A stretch of 64,000 bases of DNA, from IMG/VR virus record IMGVR_UViG_3300046171_000271; one strand, 5' to 3'. This DNA is from a virus. Taxonomy: Duplodnaviria; Caudoviricetes. Positions 33,301 through 45,475 of the stretch are shown in pieces. The notes beneath the pieces were generated by a model. It did not search any database, was not told the DNA's origin, and worked only from the letters and a program-made list of their open reading frames with translations. Numbering within the stretch: the first letter of the stretch is position 1; every line of letters starts with the position of its first letter. Made by a program: the position numbers and the translations under genes.

Positions 33301-36280
33301 CTGATTGTTAATAATTCTAACTCTCCTACAGTATCTCCTTTCTCTACAGAAAGGTTCTCTCAACCCATTCAACAACTATATCCACAGACTAATAGAGATA
33401 ATCCTAAGAGTGATCCTACACCATCTGTTTCATTTGCATTACCATCGCCAATTGGTGAAACTGCAATTAATGATCCTCAAAATAGTGTCACAAGAGAAAC
33501 TCTGAACTCTCAAATATTTGATTATAATATTGGTTTTGGTTTGACTGCAGTTCAGTCAAATAGCACTGGAACCGCTCATACGTTCTTCTCTACAATTGAT
33601 CACGGACTTAATCGGGTAGTCAATGTCAGTATTGCTGATAGTGGTTCTGGATATGGAAACGGTAGTGCAGGATTTATTTACAATGCAAAATTAGTTTCTG
33701 CAGGTGCAGCAAGCACTCAAGGACAACATGGAACCGCTAGATTGCAGGTTGACGCCTCTGGTGGTATTATTGGTGCAAAGATTATGGATGGCGGTAGTGC
33801 ATATGCTGTCGGGGATTCTTTACAAGTTGTTGGCGTTGGAACTACTTCCGGATACTCTGTTGGTATTCTTGAAGTAACCAAGATTCATGATAACTCTGGA
33901 GATGTCATTCAACTTTTCAATGCAAAACCAGAAGATAATAATTCATACAATACATTATACAGAATCACCAGTGTTCCTACAGGATCTTCTAAAGAAGTAC
34001 AAGTAGCATCTGCTACAACTGTTAGTAGTGCATCTGGAATTGGAGTCACTGATCTTGCTTCTGCTACTGCTTTAAATGTTGGAAGAGAATTAAACGTTAG
34101 TTCCTTTAATTATGATAAAAACACTGGTGTTGCTGTCGTTACAACAACTCAAAATCATGGATTAAGAGTTAATAATAAGATAAAAATTGCAGGTGTTGAA
34201 CAATCACTTTATCGTGGTGATTTTATCATTAAGAAGACTAATGCACTTAATACCTTTGAAATAAGTGTAGGCATCGGAACTGTTGATCCAACTGCCTCTG
34301 GAACTATAAGAGCATTCCCCTTCGGATATGCATCTGCAGGTGGTAATGTTGTTATAGAAAATGAAAATCTGAATGGAAGACAACAATCAACATATGCTGG
34401 TATTACTACTACAATTTCATCTTCTATACTAACTGCAACAACATCTGATGTTGATATTTTGAATATCACTGATACTGATATCAATATTGGCGACTATCTG
34501 ATGATTGATGAAGAAATCGTTAGAGTTAAGACTACCGTAACCGGAAATCCAGTCAAAGTATTCAGAGGAGTTCTTGGAACAAAGGCAGTTCCACATGATA
34601 TCAATTCTGTTATTAAGAGAATCGATTGCCGCCCAGTTGAATTTAGAAGAAACTCAATCATTCGTGCATCTGGACATACATTTGAGTATGTTGGATACGG
34701 CCCTGGAAACTATTCTACTGCATTACCTGAAAAGCAAGACAGAGATTTAAGCACCAAAGAAGAACTTATCTCTCAATCACTGAAGTTTGATGGTGGTGTA
34801 AATGTCTACACTGGTATGAATGATGCTGGTGATTTCTATGTTGGAAACAAAAAAGTAAGTTCTGCTACCTGGACAAGAAGAAGTATTTGATGCACCGATC
34901 CCAACAGTAACAGGGTGAAGATGTATCAACTAGCGGTATTAGTGTCGGATTTGATGTTCTCACGCCTCTTGAAGCATCTATCAGTCGTTCTTTAAGAGTT
35001 GAAGGTGGCCCAGATGGAAACATTGTTTCTGAGTTTGACGGGCCCAGTAATCTTTAATGAAAAGATTACTTCAACTTCGAGTAAAGGAATTGAGTCTAAT
35101 TCCTTATTCTTACAAGGTGATACAACTGTTTCAAGAAAGTATACAGTTGGTATCGCTACCCCATCACTTTCCGGAAACCCCGGTGATTTAGTATATAATG
35201 CAAACCCAACAAAGAGTGGTTATGTTGGTTGGATTTACACAACCGAGAATGACTGGTATCGTTTCGGTAATGTAAGTCTTGAGAAGACTTTGAGTGTTGG
35301 AATCTTTGATTCTGTTGGTATTGCTACAACAACTCCAGGTACAAATGTCCTGAAAGTTGGTAGTGGTGGAACTCAGTTTAGTGTTGATACCTCTGGTAGA
35401 GTTGGTGTTGGAACGGATGCAAATGTCTTCCAGTTCAGAGTTGAAGGTGACTCATACTTAAGCGGTAATGTTAATTCTGCTGGTATAATAACTGCCGCTC
35501 AATTTATAGGTGATGGTTCTGGCATTAACTAATCTTCAGAATGATAGTTTGTTTAGCGGCACTGCTGTTGGACTTGGAACTGGTATCTTCCCCAACAATC
35601 TTGTTCGCGTGGGTGTTGGAACTTCTGTACCTCACTTCCCACTTGATGTTGGAACAACTGGAACCGGAACAACAGATCTGAAGGTAAGAAACAACGCTAT
35701 CTTTGATGAAAGAATTGATGTAAACAATGTAAATGTTACTGGAATATTAACTGCTACATCTTACAAACTAGATAGTACAACCGGTGAGATTCGTGTTGGT
35801 ATTATTACTGCCAATAACATTGTAGTTGGAACTGCACTCTCAACAACAAGTAATCAAACTGGATTTGGTACGGCAACACCAAGAGCAAAAGTTGATATTG
35901 AAGGATCTGCTAAGTTTAAAACATATTCAGAATATGTTGAAGAACTTGACATCTCTGGCGGTAATGTAAATGTTGATCTGTCAATCGCTCAATCATTTAC
36001 ATTGACAGTTGATGAAGAAGTAACACAGTTTACACTTCTGAATCCTCCCTCAGGTGCTACCGCATTCTCAATTCTTATCACTCAGGATAGCACTGGATAT
36101 TCTGTTGGAATCGCCACATTTAAGGATAGTGGAGGATCTGCAATTCCTGTTAAGTTCCCCGCAGGTGGCGTCTTGCCCATCGTTACAACCACCGCTGCTA
36201 AATCAGATATCTATTCATTCAAGACATTTGATGGCGGATCAACACTCTTCGGTGTAGTTGGAGGACAAAACTTCGCATGA
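30394..36280 (+). CDS. Giant virion structural/tail-fibre-like protein (~1960 aa if ~7 frameshifts are corrected)
   Basis: Contiguous overlapping ORF fragments from MPLSRLDNFLKN..PFKTIQRAL to ..FGVVGGQNFA; beta-helix-like N-terminal part, repeated VG.GT motifs. Confidence 0.7.
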
Positions 36281-38290
36281 TAGGATTAGGTTTCTATAAC
36301 GCACACAATACAACTCTGGACATCAATGGGCCTTTCCTAAGGTTCACTGATGAACCAGCGGCAGCAACAGCAAATGATGGCGGTAGTGTTACTATAAGTG
36401 GCACTGCCGTTGCTGAATTTAAGCACAACCCATCAACTATTCCAGGAGAACGAGTCACAAATACTGGGACAATAAAATATCAATGGTACATTGATGGTGT
36501 CGCTGCAGTAGATGCCTACAGATAGAATAAGTGGTTCTCAGACAAATGAAATCACAATATCAAATCTTGTAAGTCCTACTGATAATGCTAAATCTGTTTT
36601 TTTGAGAGCAACATATGAAGGTTCTGCATATCAATCTGAATCTGGTGCAATTACAGCAGGTATTGCAAGATCAACAGGTAATGGTGTTAATGAACCATTA
36701 GATACAAGTGCTGCTAATTATCACAGTAAATCCAACAATTTCTATCACAACTCAACCAGTTGATGCAACTGCTGCCCAAGGATTAAACGCTACATTTCAC
36801 AGTGTTGCAGCAGCATCCGATGAAGTGATGTTTTGTATCAGTGGAATAAAGATGGAGTTGCTTTAACAGATGACAGTAATATAAGTGGTTCAAATACATC
36901 TACACTTACCATTTCTAGTCCTAACAAGGGAACATCAAATATAACAGTTACAATATCACATCCTACTGCTGGAAATTCCCCTTTGACTTCTAATACAGCA
37001 GTATTTACTGTTGTATCTTCAAGAGATATTATTTCATACGTTGAGCATGATGGTGACGGAAACTTCTTCACTGATGATGAGAAAAATTTATTTGATGGAT
37101 CACTCACTATTACAGCAAATCCAACTAATCCAGGAAGACTTATATCATTCCATTCTCCAGAGAAAGATATCACAATTAAGATGATTATGGCAGCTGGTGC
37201 TGGACAAACAAAAAATACACAAATAGGTGGTGAAGGAGGAAAATCTGAATTTGTTATTACTCTTGAACAAAATCAAGAATATGTTATTGAACTTGGATCA
37301 TCTTCCGCTCTTAGTGGTGGTGCCAATGGTGGTGGAGGAGGGGCATTTCTTTATAAAAAAGGAAGACTTCTTGTTGCATTAGGTGGTGGTGGAGGAGCTG
37401 GAAAAAATGATAAAGGTGGAAAAGGTGGTGGTATTGGATTTGCTGGAGAAAATGGATCTGGAAGAGATGCAGGATCTGGTGGTTCTTCAATAGTAGCAGG
37501 TGCGCTTCCTACTATTGGACAGAATAAAAACGGTGCTACTGGAGGAAGAGTATCTGGTTGTACTGTAGGAACTCAATATTTTGCTAATTTATATTCTCCA
37601 TGTGATGACTATGGGTTATCTAAATTCCTCAATTTTTCTGGAGTTCCTATGGCACAATCTCCTGAAATTCAGAGAGGATTTAAAGTCGGTGATGTGAATA
37701 GAAATAATGGCGGCGACGGATTTGGTGGTAATTCTTTTTATGAATATTCTAATAAAATTACAAGAACTGCTACAAGTGGATTTAATGAAAAACCATCATG
37801 TACTAGTATTCAAAATGGTTGGTATACAAGAACAGGAAGGCCAATATCGGAAACTGGAGGAGATGGATATTATGGCGCAAGAACTATAGAGATTTTGTGG
37901 GATGGTGCTTTGATAACTGGCACGACTAATGAAGATGGATATATCATTTCCGGAAATTATGCTTACACTTTTGGTGAGTATAGATCACCTAGTCACTATG
38001 GATGGAGAAATGACAATCAATGTGGATATTCAGGGCCTGAAGGATTTGGCCCTGGTGATTTTGGCAATGGTTTTGATGTAGTCAGATACGAATATGTAAT
38101 TAGAAGTGGAGATGGAAGTGGAGGTGGTGGATCAGGTGCAAATGGCGGGGACGCTGCAACTATATTAAGTGGATCAGGTGGTGGAGGTGGTAGTGGATAC
38201 TCAAGTGGTGAGGTTACTGTGCTTAGTTCTAAATTAGGTGGTAACACCTCCGAAAATGCATTTGTTACTTTTGAGTATTACACTCCATAA
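36277..38290 (+). CDS. Virion protein with Ig-like domains and glycine-rich C-terminus (frameshifted as read)
   Basis: YQWYIDG and YQWNKDG Ig strands; GAGAG, GGGGG.G repeats. Confidence 0.65.
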
Positions 38291-38324
38291 ATAGTAAAAA
38301 ACTAACGGGGGATAGTGAACCCAA

Positions 38325-39953
38325 ATGGCAGTAGATAAGAATTTTGTCGTCAAGAATGGAATTGAAGTAAATTCCAATCTTATCATTGCAAACGCTAACA
38401 CTAAAAAAGTAGGTATCGGTAGTACGAATCCTCGCGTTACTCTTGATGTTCGTGGTGGTATTGCCGCTACAGATGGACATTTTACGGGTGTTCTGACTTG
38501 CTCAACTCTTCGGGGCATTGAAAATTATGGAGTATTAAACGGAACAGGTGCAAATGTAAGTGGATTTTCTACATTTGCTAGTGGTGTAAGTATTGAACAC
38601 TTAACTGTTACTGGATTTACTACCATTGCAGACATCGCATTAGATGAAGTAAACGCAAGGAACTTAAATCTTACTGGTATTGCCACTGCTCCCACATTTG
38701 TAGGACTTACTAAATTTGATAAAATTTCTGTAAGTGGAATCAGTACGATCACTTCTCTTGATAGTACAAATGCCAGCATAAGTGGTATTACTACTGCCAC
38801 TAATAGAATTTTAATTAAAAGTGACGATTCTACTCCCGGTAGAATTGATTATTTTTGTGAAGTATCTAATGCACATTATACAAGAGTTCAGTCAGCACCA
38901 CATGCAGAATACAGCGGTAATGTAACTGCAATTCTTCCAACAATAAGTGGTGATATTCTTGTTGGTGACACTGCTACTAATATTTCACAAAGTGTAAGAA
39001 CTTCAGGTATTGTTACTGCATCAGCGTTTCATGGCGATGGTGCTAATGTTACTGGTATCTCCACACTTAATATCGTAAATTACAGTGGTGGAGCAGGAGT
39101 TGGTGATACAGGTATTTCTATTAATACTAGCGGTATAATAACTGCAGCTGCATTTTTTACTTCAGGGATTATTACTGCTTCGACATTTTCTGGTGATGGA
39201 TCGCAATTAACTGGGTTAGGTGTTGGAATTAATACCGAAACTGGATTAGTTGGATATGGATTCACACAACTTGATTTTAGAGGTTCTGGTGTTACAACAG
39301 CAAATTACAATACAAGTTTAGGAATTGCTACTTTCTTTATTGAAAGTGGTGAAGGAATTGCAAATCTCGTTGAAGATCTTACTCCTCAACTTGGTGGAAA
39401 TTTAGATCTTAATGGCAATAATATTACCGGAACGGGTGATATTCCAGCTGCTAATTTGACAGGTACACTTCCTACAATTAGTGGTGCAAATCTTACTAAT
39501 TTAAATGGTTCAAATATTGCTAGTGGAACTGTTGCAGCAGCAAGAGTAGGTGATCTTGCTGCAAGTAAAATAACAAGTGGTACATTTGATGCTGCAAGAA
39601 TCCCAACACTTAATCAAGATACCACTGGAAATGCTGCAACTGCAACAGAAGCAACAAATGTCACCGTAACTGCTAATAATTCTACAAATGAAACTGTATA
39701 TCCAGTATTTGTGGACGGTGCAACTGGAACACAAGGTGCAGAGACTGATACAGGATTAAATTATAATCCAAGCACAGGTAATCTTACAGCAACAAAATTT
39801 ACTGGAGATGGATCATCTCTTACCAATGTTACCGTGAGTAGTGCTACTTTAGCAGTTGGATCTCGCTCTGGAAGCGTAAATGTTTCAGTTTCTGCTGGAA
39901 CAATTACTGTAATTGGTAGATCGTCTAATACTACAGTAACAGTAGATTTCTAA
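38325..39953 (+). CDS. Tail fibre protein
   Basis: 542 aa; MAVDKNFVVKNGIEV, repeated GIITA and F.GDGS.LT motifs, LTPQLGGNLDLNG. Confidence 0.75.
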   Translation: MAVDKNFVVKNGIEVNSNLIIANANTKKVGIGSTNPRVTLDVRGGIAATDGHFTGVLTCSTLRGIENYGVLNGTGANVSGFSTFASGVSIEHLTVTGFTTIADIALDEVNARNLNLTGIATAPTFVGLTKFDKISVSGISTITSLDSTNASISGITTATNRILIKSDDSTPGRIDYFCEVSNAHYTRVQSAPHAEYSGNVTAILPTISGDILVGDTATNISQSVRTSGIVTASAFHGDGANVTGISTLNIVNYSGGAGVGDTGISINTSGIITAAAFFTSGIITASTFSGDGSQLTGLGVGINTETGLVGYGFTQLDFRGSGVTTANYNTSLGIATFFIESGEGIANLVEDLTPQLGGNLDLNGNNITGTGDIPAANLTGTLPTISGANLTNLNGSNIASGTVAAARVGDLAASKITSGTFDAARIPTLNQDTTGNAATATEATNVTVTANNSTNETVYPVFVDGATGTQGAETDTGLNYNPSTGNLTATKFTGDGSSLTNVTVSSATLAVGSRSGSVNVSVSAGTITVIGRSSNTTVTVDF

Positions 39954-40044
39954 TGAACTTTTTTCTTAATTAAAGTATTGAAAGAAAGAAAAATGAAAAT
40001 ATCCTGTTCAATAAATAACTCAGTAATGCCTAGTTAATACGAAG

Positions 40045-40266
40045 ATGGCTATTAAGATCTCTGGAACAACTGTCATTGATGACAGTAGAAATGGAGCAAA
40101 TTTAGGTATTGTCACGGCTACATCATTTCATGGCGATGGTTCTAACTTAAGCGGACTTAGTCGTTTTGTTGCTGTACAAACGAGAGTTGGCATAAGCACT
40201 GTGAATACATTCGTAGGAGTTGTTACAGTATTTGGAAGAGATTCCAATATTAATGTCCCTATCTAA
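40045..40266 (+). CDS. Short fibre-associated protein
   Basis: MAIKISGTTVIDDSR, FHGDGSNLSGL. Confidence 0.65.
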   Translation: MAIKISGTTVIDDSRNGANLGIVTATSFHGDGSNLSGLSRFVAVQTRVGISTVNTFVGVVTVFGRDSNINVPI

Positions 40267-40307
40267 ATATAAAAAAGTACATTAAATAACCTCACCCCAC
40301 AATACCC

Positions 40308-40832
40308 ATGGCTAACAGATTTCCATTAATCGTCGATTCTTCAAGTCAACAACTAAAAGAACTTCCGGCAAGCGATAATATAGATTTAACAAATAGTGGC
40401 ATTGTTAAAGCCACAAGCATTGGTTCTACAACTATAACTGCTTCAACAAGTGTTGGCGTCAATACTGATCCTGAGCATGTTCCAACTAATCTTTATGTTC
40501 TGGGGACTGCAGCTGGTAGCGTTGTATCACTTGGAACAACTGATGCAAACACAACATTAGATTTAAGCACCTCAAATAATTTTGCCATAACTCTTGGCGC
40601 AAGCATCACCCTTAATAATCCCACTGGATTACAAACAGGACAATCTGGCATCATTATGATGACTCAAGATGGAACAGGAAGTCGTACTGTAGCTTATGGC
40701 TCCAACTGGAAATTCCCAGCTTCAACAGCACCAACACTTACCACAGCAGGTGGTTCGCTTGATGTATTGACATATTTTGTCAATTCTCCTACAAGTATTG
40801 TTGCAAATTCAATCCTCAATTTGGGTTCATAA
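40308..40832 (+). CDS. Fibre-associated protein
   Basis: 174 aa; LDLSTSNNF..TL..NP...TGQSG..QDGTGSRT..YGSNWKF domain. Confidence 0.7.
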   Translation: MANRFPLIVDSSSQQLKELPASDNIDLTNSGIVKATSIGSTTITASTSVGVNTDPEHVPTNLYVLGTAAGSVVSLGTTDANTTLDLSTSNNFAITLGASITLNNPTGLQTGQSGIIMMTQDGTGSRTVAYGSNWKFPASTAPTLTTAGGSLDVLTYFVNSPTSIVANSILNLGS

Positions 40833-40834
40833 TA

Positions 40835-43800
40835 ATGAGTTTACCTAACGAATTAATATCTGCTGCTCTTGGTGGGGGAGCAGCAGCGGATACTGACTAT
40901 CAGATCCAAAGAAGCCTGAGATTTAACAGTGGCGATACGGCCTATCTTTCCAGAACTCCCTCATCTGCAAGTAATCGCAGGACGTGGACTTGGAGTGGGT
41001 GGGTAAAGTTGATCAGCCTTACGGGTGAAGTTAATTTTTTTAATGGCGGCACAAGCAGCTCAAATGATTTCACTATAAAACTACGAGATGGAAGCTTGTG
41101 GGTTCAAGAATACTCTGGCCTTTGGGCATGGCGATTGAGAACTGATGGCTTGTTTAGAGATCCTTCTGCTTGGTATCACCTTGTGGTTGCATTTGACTCT
41201 ACGCAAACTACTAGCACAAATAGAATTAAAATCTATATTAACGGTATTCAAGAAACCTCTTTTACTACTGCTGAATACCCGTCGGAGAATTTTGAAAGCC
41301 TTGTAAATAAAACTGATCCTCGCTATTTTGGATATAGTCCTGCATACAACTATAGTTCTTTTTATTTAGCTGAGACACACTTTATTGACGGTCAAGCACT
41401 TGCACCGACTGACTTCGGCGAGTTTGACGACAGCAATGTGTGGCAGCCGAAAAATGTTTCAATTAGAAGTATTAACAACGGCACAAACTGGGCAAGCTCT
41501 AGTTATAACGCAGTGACTGGAACAACTGGTTCCACAGACATGACAAATGCGTTTGACGGCAGTCTTTCTACATATACATCATTAGGTTCTGGAGATGGAT
41601 CAGCCACTTCCACTGTTACTTTTACGCCACCGTCATCAATAACAGTAACCAAAAGTGTGCGTGTTTACATTGGCGTAGATAGAGGGCAGTCAATTTCAGT
41701 CAATGGATCTCAGACTAATGCTTCTGTATCAGCAGGATGGAACGATACCGGGTTTACGGGCACTCTTTCAAGTCTTGCTATCGGTCCAACCAATGCAGGC
41801 TCAAGCAGTAACATTGCTGCAATAGAAATCAACGGAGAAATTTTAATTAGTAGCTACAACAATTCCAGCGGCTATGGCACAAATGGCTTCCACCTAGATT
41901 TCAGCGACAATAGCAACGCCCCCGCATTAGGACTGAATGCAAACGAGGCAACTACTTTTAACGGTGTTGATTTTAATAATGCTTCTTATTTGCTGCACGC
42001 TTACAATGCAGATTTTAACTTTGGCACGGGTTCTTTTACAGTTGAGACGTATGTCTATCTTAAAAGCAACACTACAATAGAGGGAATATACGCTACAAGC
42101 GGTGGCGCTGGTGCTAGTCCAAAAATTGTGTTTTATATAGATAATGGAACACCAAAAATCCATCATAACGGATTTGGCAGTAGTACTTATTTGAGTGCAA
42201 CTTCAACTATATCTACCAATACGTGGACTCATCTAGCTTTTGTGAGAAATGGAAGTTCTTGGTCTTGGTACATTGATGGCACGCAAAGCGGTACAGGCTC
42301 AGACAGCACTAATTTTACTTTTACTAACCAAGGGACTGAAATAGGCCAAGGAGGCGAGTCATATTTTTCTCCTTTCGATGGTGTAATCTCAAATCTTAGA
42401 GTAGTTAAGGATGCTGTTTACACATCTGGTTTTACTGCACCTTCTACCCCTCTCAGCAATATCTCTAATACTGTATTGCTGTGTTGTCAATCTAGCAGTA
42501 GTGCTACAGCCGCGACTGTGATACCTAGTAATTTTACCACGTCTGGTACTCCAATCGCTGGTACATTTGGAAATACTAGTTGGACTGTTGGTAACCTGTC
42601 AGCTCCTCCGAGCAACACTGGTGTGTATGCCTCAAACTTTGTATCAAGCAATGGATTTAATGCTTCTTATCCTTCAATAAGAGCATTTGACGGAAACACC
42701 GGAACTTATGCCCAGGCATCAACAACAGGAGGAACTTTAACTTTCACTCCGCCTAGTGCTATTTCATATTCATCATCAATAAAAATATACATGCCATCTG
42801 CAGGCGCTACTGCCACAATAAATGGTGGCAGTGCTATTTCAGTGGCAAACTCTTCGGAAACTACGATTGCTTCAGGTTCTGGAACACTTACGTCGTTAGT
42901 GTTAGCTGCGAGTAATTTGCCGGGTCTTGCGTATATCAAGATTGATGATCAAATTTTAGTTAATACAGGATTAGATTCAGGAACTGACAGCCTTGTAGAC
43001 ACGCCGACGAACTACGGCGATGACACTGGCGCGGGTGGTGAAGTCCGTGGCAACTATGCGACGTTTAACCCTCTTTCCATTAAAGCCAACCAAGGCACAA
43101 TGGAGAATGGAAATTTAACGTTGAAGGCTAGTGGCTCATACTACATTGAAGGTAAGTCAACAATTGATGTATTCAGTGTTGACAATTATTCTGAACTAAC
43201 AGTTACTTCAGTAAGTGGTATTGATTCTTTTGCCTATGGAATTGGCGATATTGACGCTTGGGTTATTACTGGCGGCGGATCATATGTTGTTTACAGAGAA
43301 AACGGTGCGATTATTTCTTACCCTGGGAATACAACTTTAGGGACAGTCAGCAGTTATACGCAAGGTGATGTTCTTGGCATGGCTGTTGATTCTACAAATG
43401 TCAAGTTCTACAAGAACGGGACATTGCAAGGTACATACGCGCATGGCAAGTCTGGAACATTTTTTGCGATGGCAATGAATGTTCCTAACACAGGAAGTGC
43501 TCAGCTAGACATTAACTTCGGTCAACGTGAGTGGGCTTTCTCGGCACCAAGTGGTTACAAGGCGTTATGCACGCAGAACCTATCTGAGCCAACGATTGCT
43601 GATGGTTCGGCTTATTTTGACACCAAGCTGTACACCGGCAATGGCAGCACACAGACAATTTCAGGTCTTTCGTTTAGCCCAGATTTAACCTGGGTAAAAG
43701 GACGTTCTGCTACCCAACATCATTTTTACGATACTGTGCGTGGTGCTGGTGAAGGAAAATCACTGCAATCAACCACTACAAACGCCGAAGGCTCTGCCTT

Positions 43801-45451
43801 GGATAATGCAACTTATGGATATCTAAGTGCTCACACGTCTGATGGCTTTACAGTAGATGCCGGAAGTTCTCCTACCTATTTGAACGTTAATAACATTAAC
43901 TACGTTGCCTGGGCATGGGACGCAGGTGCAAACAGCAGCAAGACTTATAACGTCACCGTTGTTTCAGATAGCGGCAACAAGTATCGCTTTGATGGGCATG
44001 GAACGAGTGCTGTAACGCTTGATCTTGAGGAAGGCAGCACATATACATTTGATCAATCAGATAGCAGCAATGCAGGGCATCCCATACGGTTCTCTACAAC
44101 GTCTGATGGAACGCATGGCAGTGGCAGTGAGTACACCACTGGTGTTGTAACTAGTGGAACGCCAGGATCTGCTGGTGCATACACGAAGATTACAATTGCA
44201 TCTGGTGCTCCAACGCTTTATTACTACTGCTCAGTGCATAGCGGAATGGGCGGTCAGGCAAATACAAACAGCACTGCTGGTGCGACAGTGTTGTCAGGCA
44301 GTTTGAATGATGACTTGTACGATCAAAGCCAGAATTGGACTAGCTTCGGGACTGGCACTCATTGGGGAACTAGAAGTTGGGCTAATTCATTTAATGGTGT
44401 TATAGGGACTGGCCCCAATGATCATACATTGCCTGCAGCGGGTCAGACTATGACCTGGACTCCTTCTTCAGCTATAACTGTAAATGAGTCCGTAGTTATT
44501 TACGGCAACAATGATACTGACAATTCAACTTACGGAATCAAACTGAATGGAGGTAACTTTGTACTTCCTGCCAACGCTGGGGTGTATGGAGCCCCTGTGA
44601 CTATTCTGGCTGCAGAACTTAGTGGTTCTCTGACTAGTATCGAATTAATATCTGATGCATCGCATAACGCACCATATCTGACAGCCGTTAAAGTTGACGG
44701 CAAACTCCTGGTTGACTCTAGCGTTAGTATTACTACCCCATCAATCAATTCTGTAGTCCGCGCCAATCCGGCTGCTGGGTTCTCGATTGTTTCTGTAACT
44801 GAAGCGGCAGCGTCAGGCGGTAGCACTGTGGGGCATGGATTAAACGCGAAACCTCATATGATCATAGAGAAAAGTAGAACTGGTTCTACGCCTTGGTACA
44901 TACATAATTCCGAGTTAGGTGATATGTCTGGATCATTTCTTCGTTTTGACACTGGTACCAAACAAGTTGATAACGCTTGGAATTTAGTTGAGCCCACTTC
45001 CACAACTTTTGGAATTGATCCCACTTATGTACTTGGCGACGCAAATGCTGATGTAATATATTACCTTTTCACCCCAGTGGAAGGCTATAGCGCGATTGGT
45101 TCGTACACAGCAAATGCTTTAGATGACGGGCCCTATGTATATACCGGCTTCAGGCCGAAATGGATCATGATCAAACATGCGACTGGTACTGGCAGTGCCT
45201 ATTCGAGTTGGATAATTCTTGATACAGAGAGAGATACTTACAATGTGTCTGACGCAAGCTTGCTTGCAAACAGGACTTCGGTTGAAGGCACTCGTGGTGA
45301 TGGCGCAGGAACTGCTGGGCCATGGATGGATATTCTTTCCAACGGCTTTAAAATTAGATACTCTTGGCAAGTTGTAAATGGAACAAGCGGTGATAAGTAC
45401 ATCTACATGGCCTTCGCCGAGAATCCTTTCAAAACCGCCCGTGCGCGGTAA
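40835..45451 (+). CDS. Large tail-fibre/receptor-binding protein with LamG/ConA-like, SPRY-like and cupredoxin-like domains
   Basis: 1538 aa intact; RRTWTWSGWVK..AWYHLVVAFD, WTHLAFVRNG..ISNLRVVK, GDVLGMAVD..FYKNG, YYYCSVHSGMG. Confidence 0.8.
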   Translation: MSLPNELISAALGGGAAADTDYQIQRSLRFNSGDTAYLSRTPSSASNRRTWTWSGWVKLISLTGEVNFFNGGTSSSNDFTIKLRDGSLWVQEYSGLWAWRLRTDGLFRDPSAWYHLVVAFDSTQTTSTNRIKIYINGIQETSFTTAEYPSENFESLVNKTDPRYFGYSPAYNYSSFYLAETHFIDGQALAPTDFGEFDDSNVWQPKNVSIRSINNGTNWASSSYNAVTGTTGSTDMTNAFDGSLSTYTSLGSGDGSATSTVTFTPPSSITVTKSVRVYIGVDRGQSISVNGSQTNASVSAGWNDTGFTGTLSSLAIGPTNAGSSSNIAAIEINGEILISSYNNSSGYGTNGFHLDFSDNSNAPALGLNANEATTFNGVDFNNASYLLHAYNADFNFGTGSFTVETYVYLKSNTTIEGIYATSGGAGASPKIVFYIDNGTPKIHHNGFGSSTYLSATSTISTNTWTHLAFVRNGSSWSWYIDGTQSGTGSDSTNFTFTNQGTEIGQGGESYFSPFDGVISNLRVVKDAVYTSGFTAPSTPLSNISNTVLLCCQSSSSATAATVIPSNFTTSGTPIAGTFGNTSWTVGNLSAPPSNTGVYASNFVSSNGFNASYPSIRAFDGNTGTYAQASTTGGTLTFTPPSAISYSSSIKIYMPSAGATATINGGSAISVANSSETTIASGSGTLTSLVLAASNLPGLAYIKIDDQILVNTGLDSGTDSLVDTPTNYGDDTGAGGEVRGNYATFNPLSIKANQGTMENGNLTLKASGSYYIEGKSTIDVFSVDNYSELTVTSVSGIDSFAYGIGDIDAWVITGGGSYVVYRENGAIISYPGNTTLGTVSSYTQGDVLGMAVDSTNVKFYKNGTLQGTYAHGKSGTFFAMAMNVPNTGSAQLDINFGQREWAFSAPSGYKALCTQNLSEPTIADGSAYFDTKLYTGNGSTQTISGLSFSPDLTWVKGRSATQHHFYDTVRGAGEGKSLQSTTTNAEGSALDNATYGYLSAHTSDGFTVDAGSSPTYLNVNNINYVAWAWDAGANSSKTYNVTVVSDSGNKYRFDGHGTSAVTLDLEEGSTYTFDQSDSSNAGHPIRFSTTSDGTHGSGSEYTTGVVTSGTPGSAGAYTKITIASGAPTLYYYCSVHSGMGGQANTNSTAGATVLSGSLNDDLYDQSQNWTSFGTGTHWGTRSWANSFNGVIGTGPNDHTLPAAGQTMTWTPSSAITVNESVVIYGNNDTDNSTYGIKLNGGNFVLPANAGVYGAPVTILAAELSGSLTSIELISDASHNAPYLTAVKVDGKLLVDSSVSITTPSINSVVRANPAAGFSIVSVTEAAASGGSTVGHGLNAKPHMIIEKSRTGSTPWYIHNSELGDMSGSFLRFDTGTKQVDNAWNLVEPTSTTFGIDPTYVLGDANADVIYYLFTPVEGYSAIGSYTANALDDGPYVYTGFRPKWIMIKHATGTGSAYSSWIILDTERDTYNVSDASLLANRTSVEGTRGDGAGTAGPWMDILSNGFKIRYSWQVVNGTSGDKYIYMAFAENPFKTARAR

Positions 45452-45475
45452 ACACCACCTACTATAATCACAATC

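Noticed and set aside
40835-45451. Fibre gene as target of a diversity-generating retroelement
   Set aside because: No reverse transcriptase and no TR/VR pair with adenine-specific mismatches seen in the window
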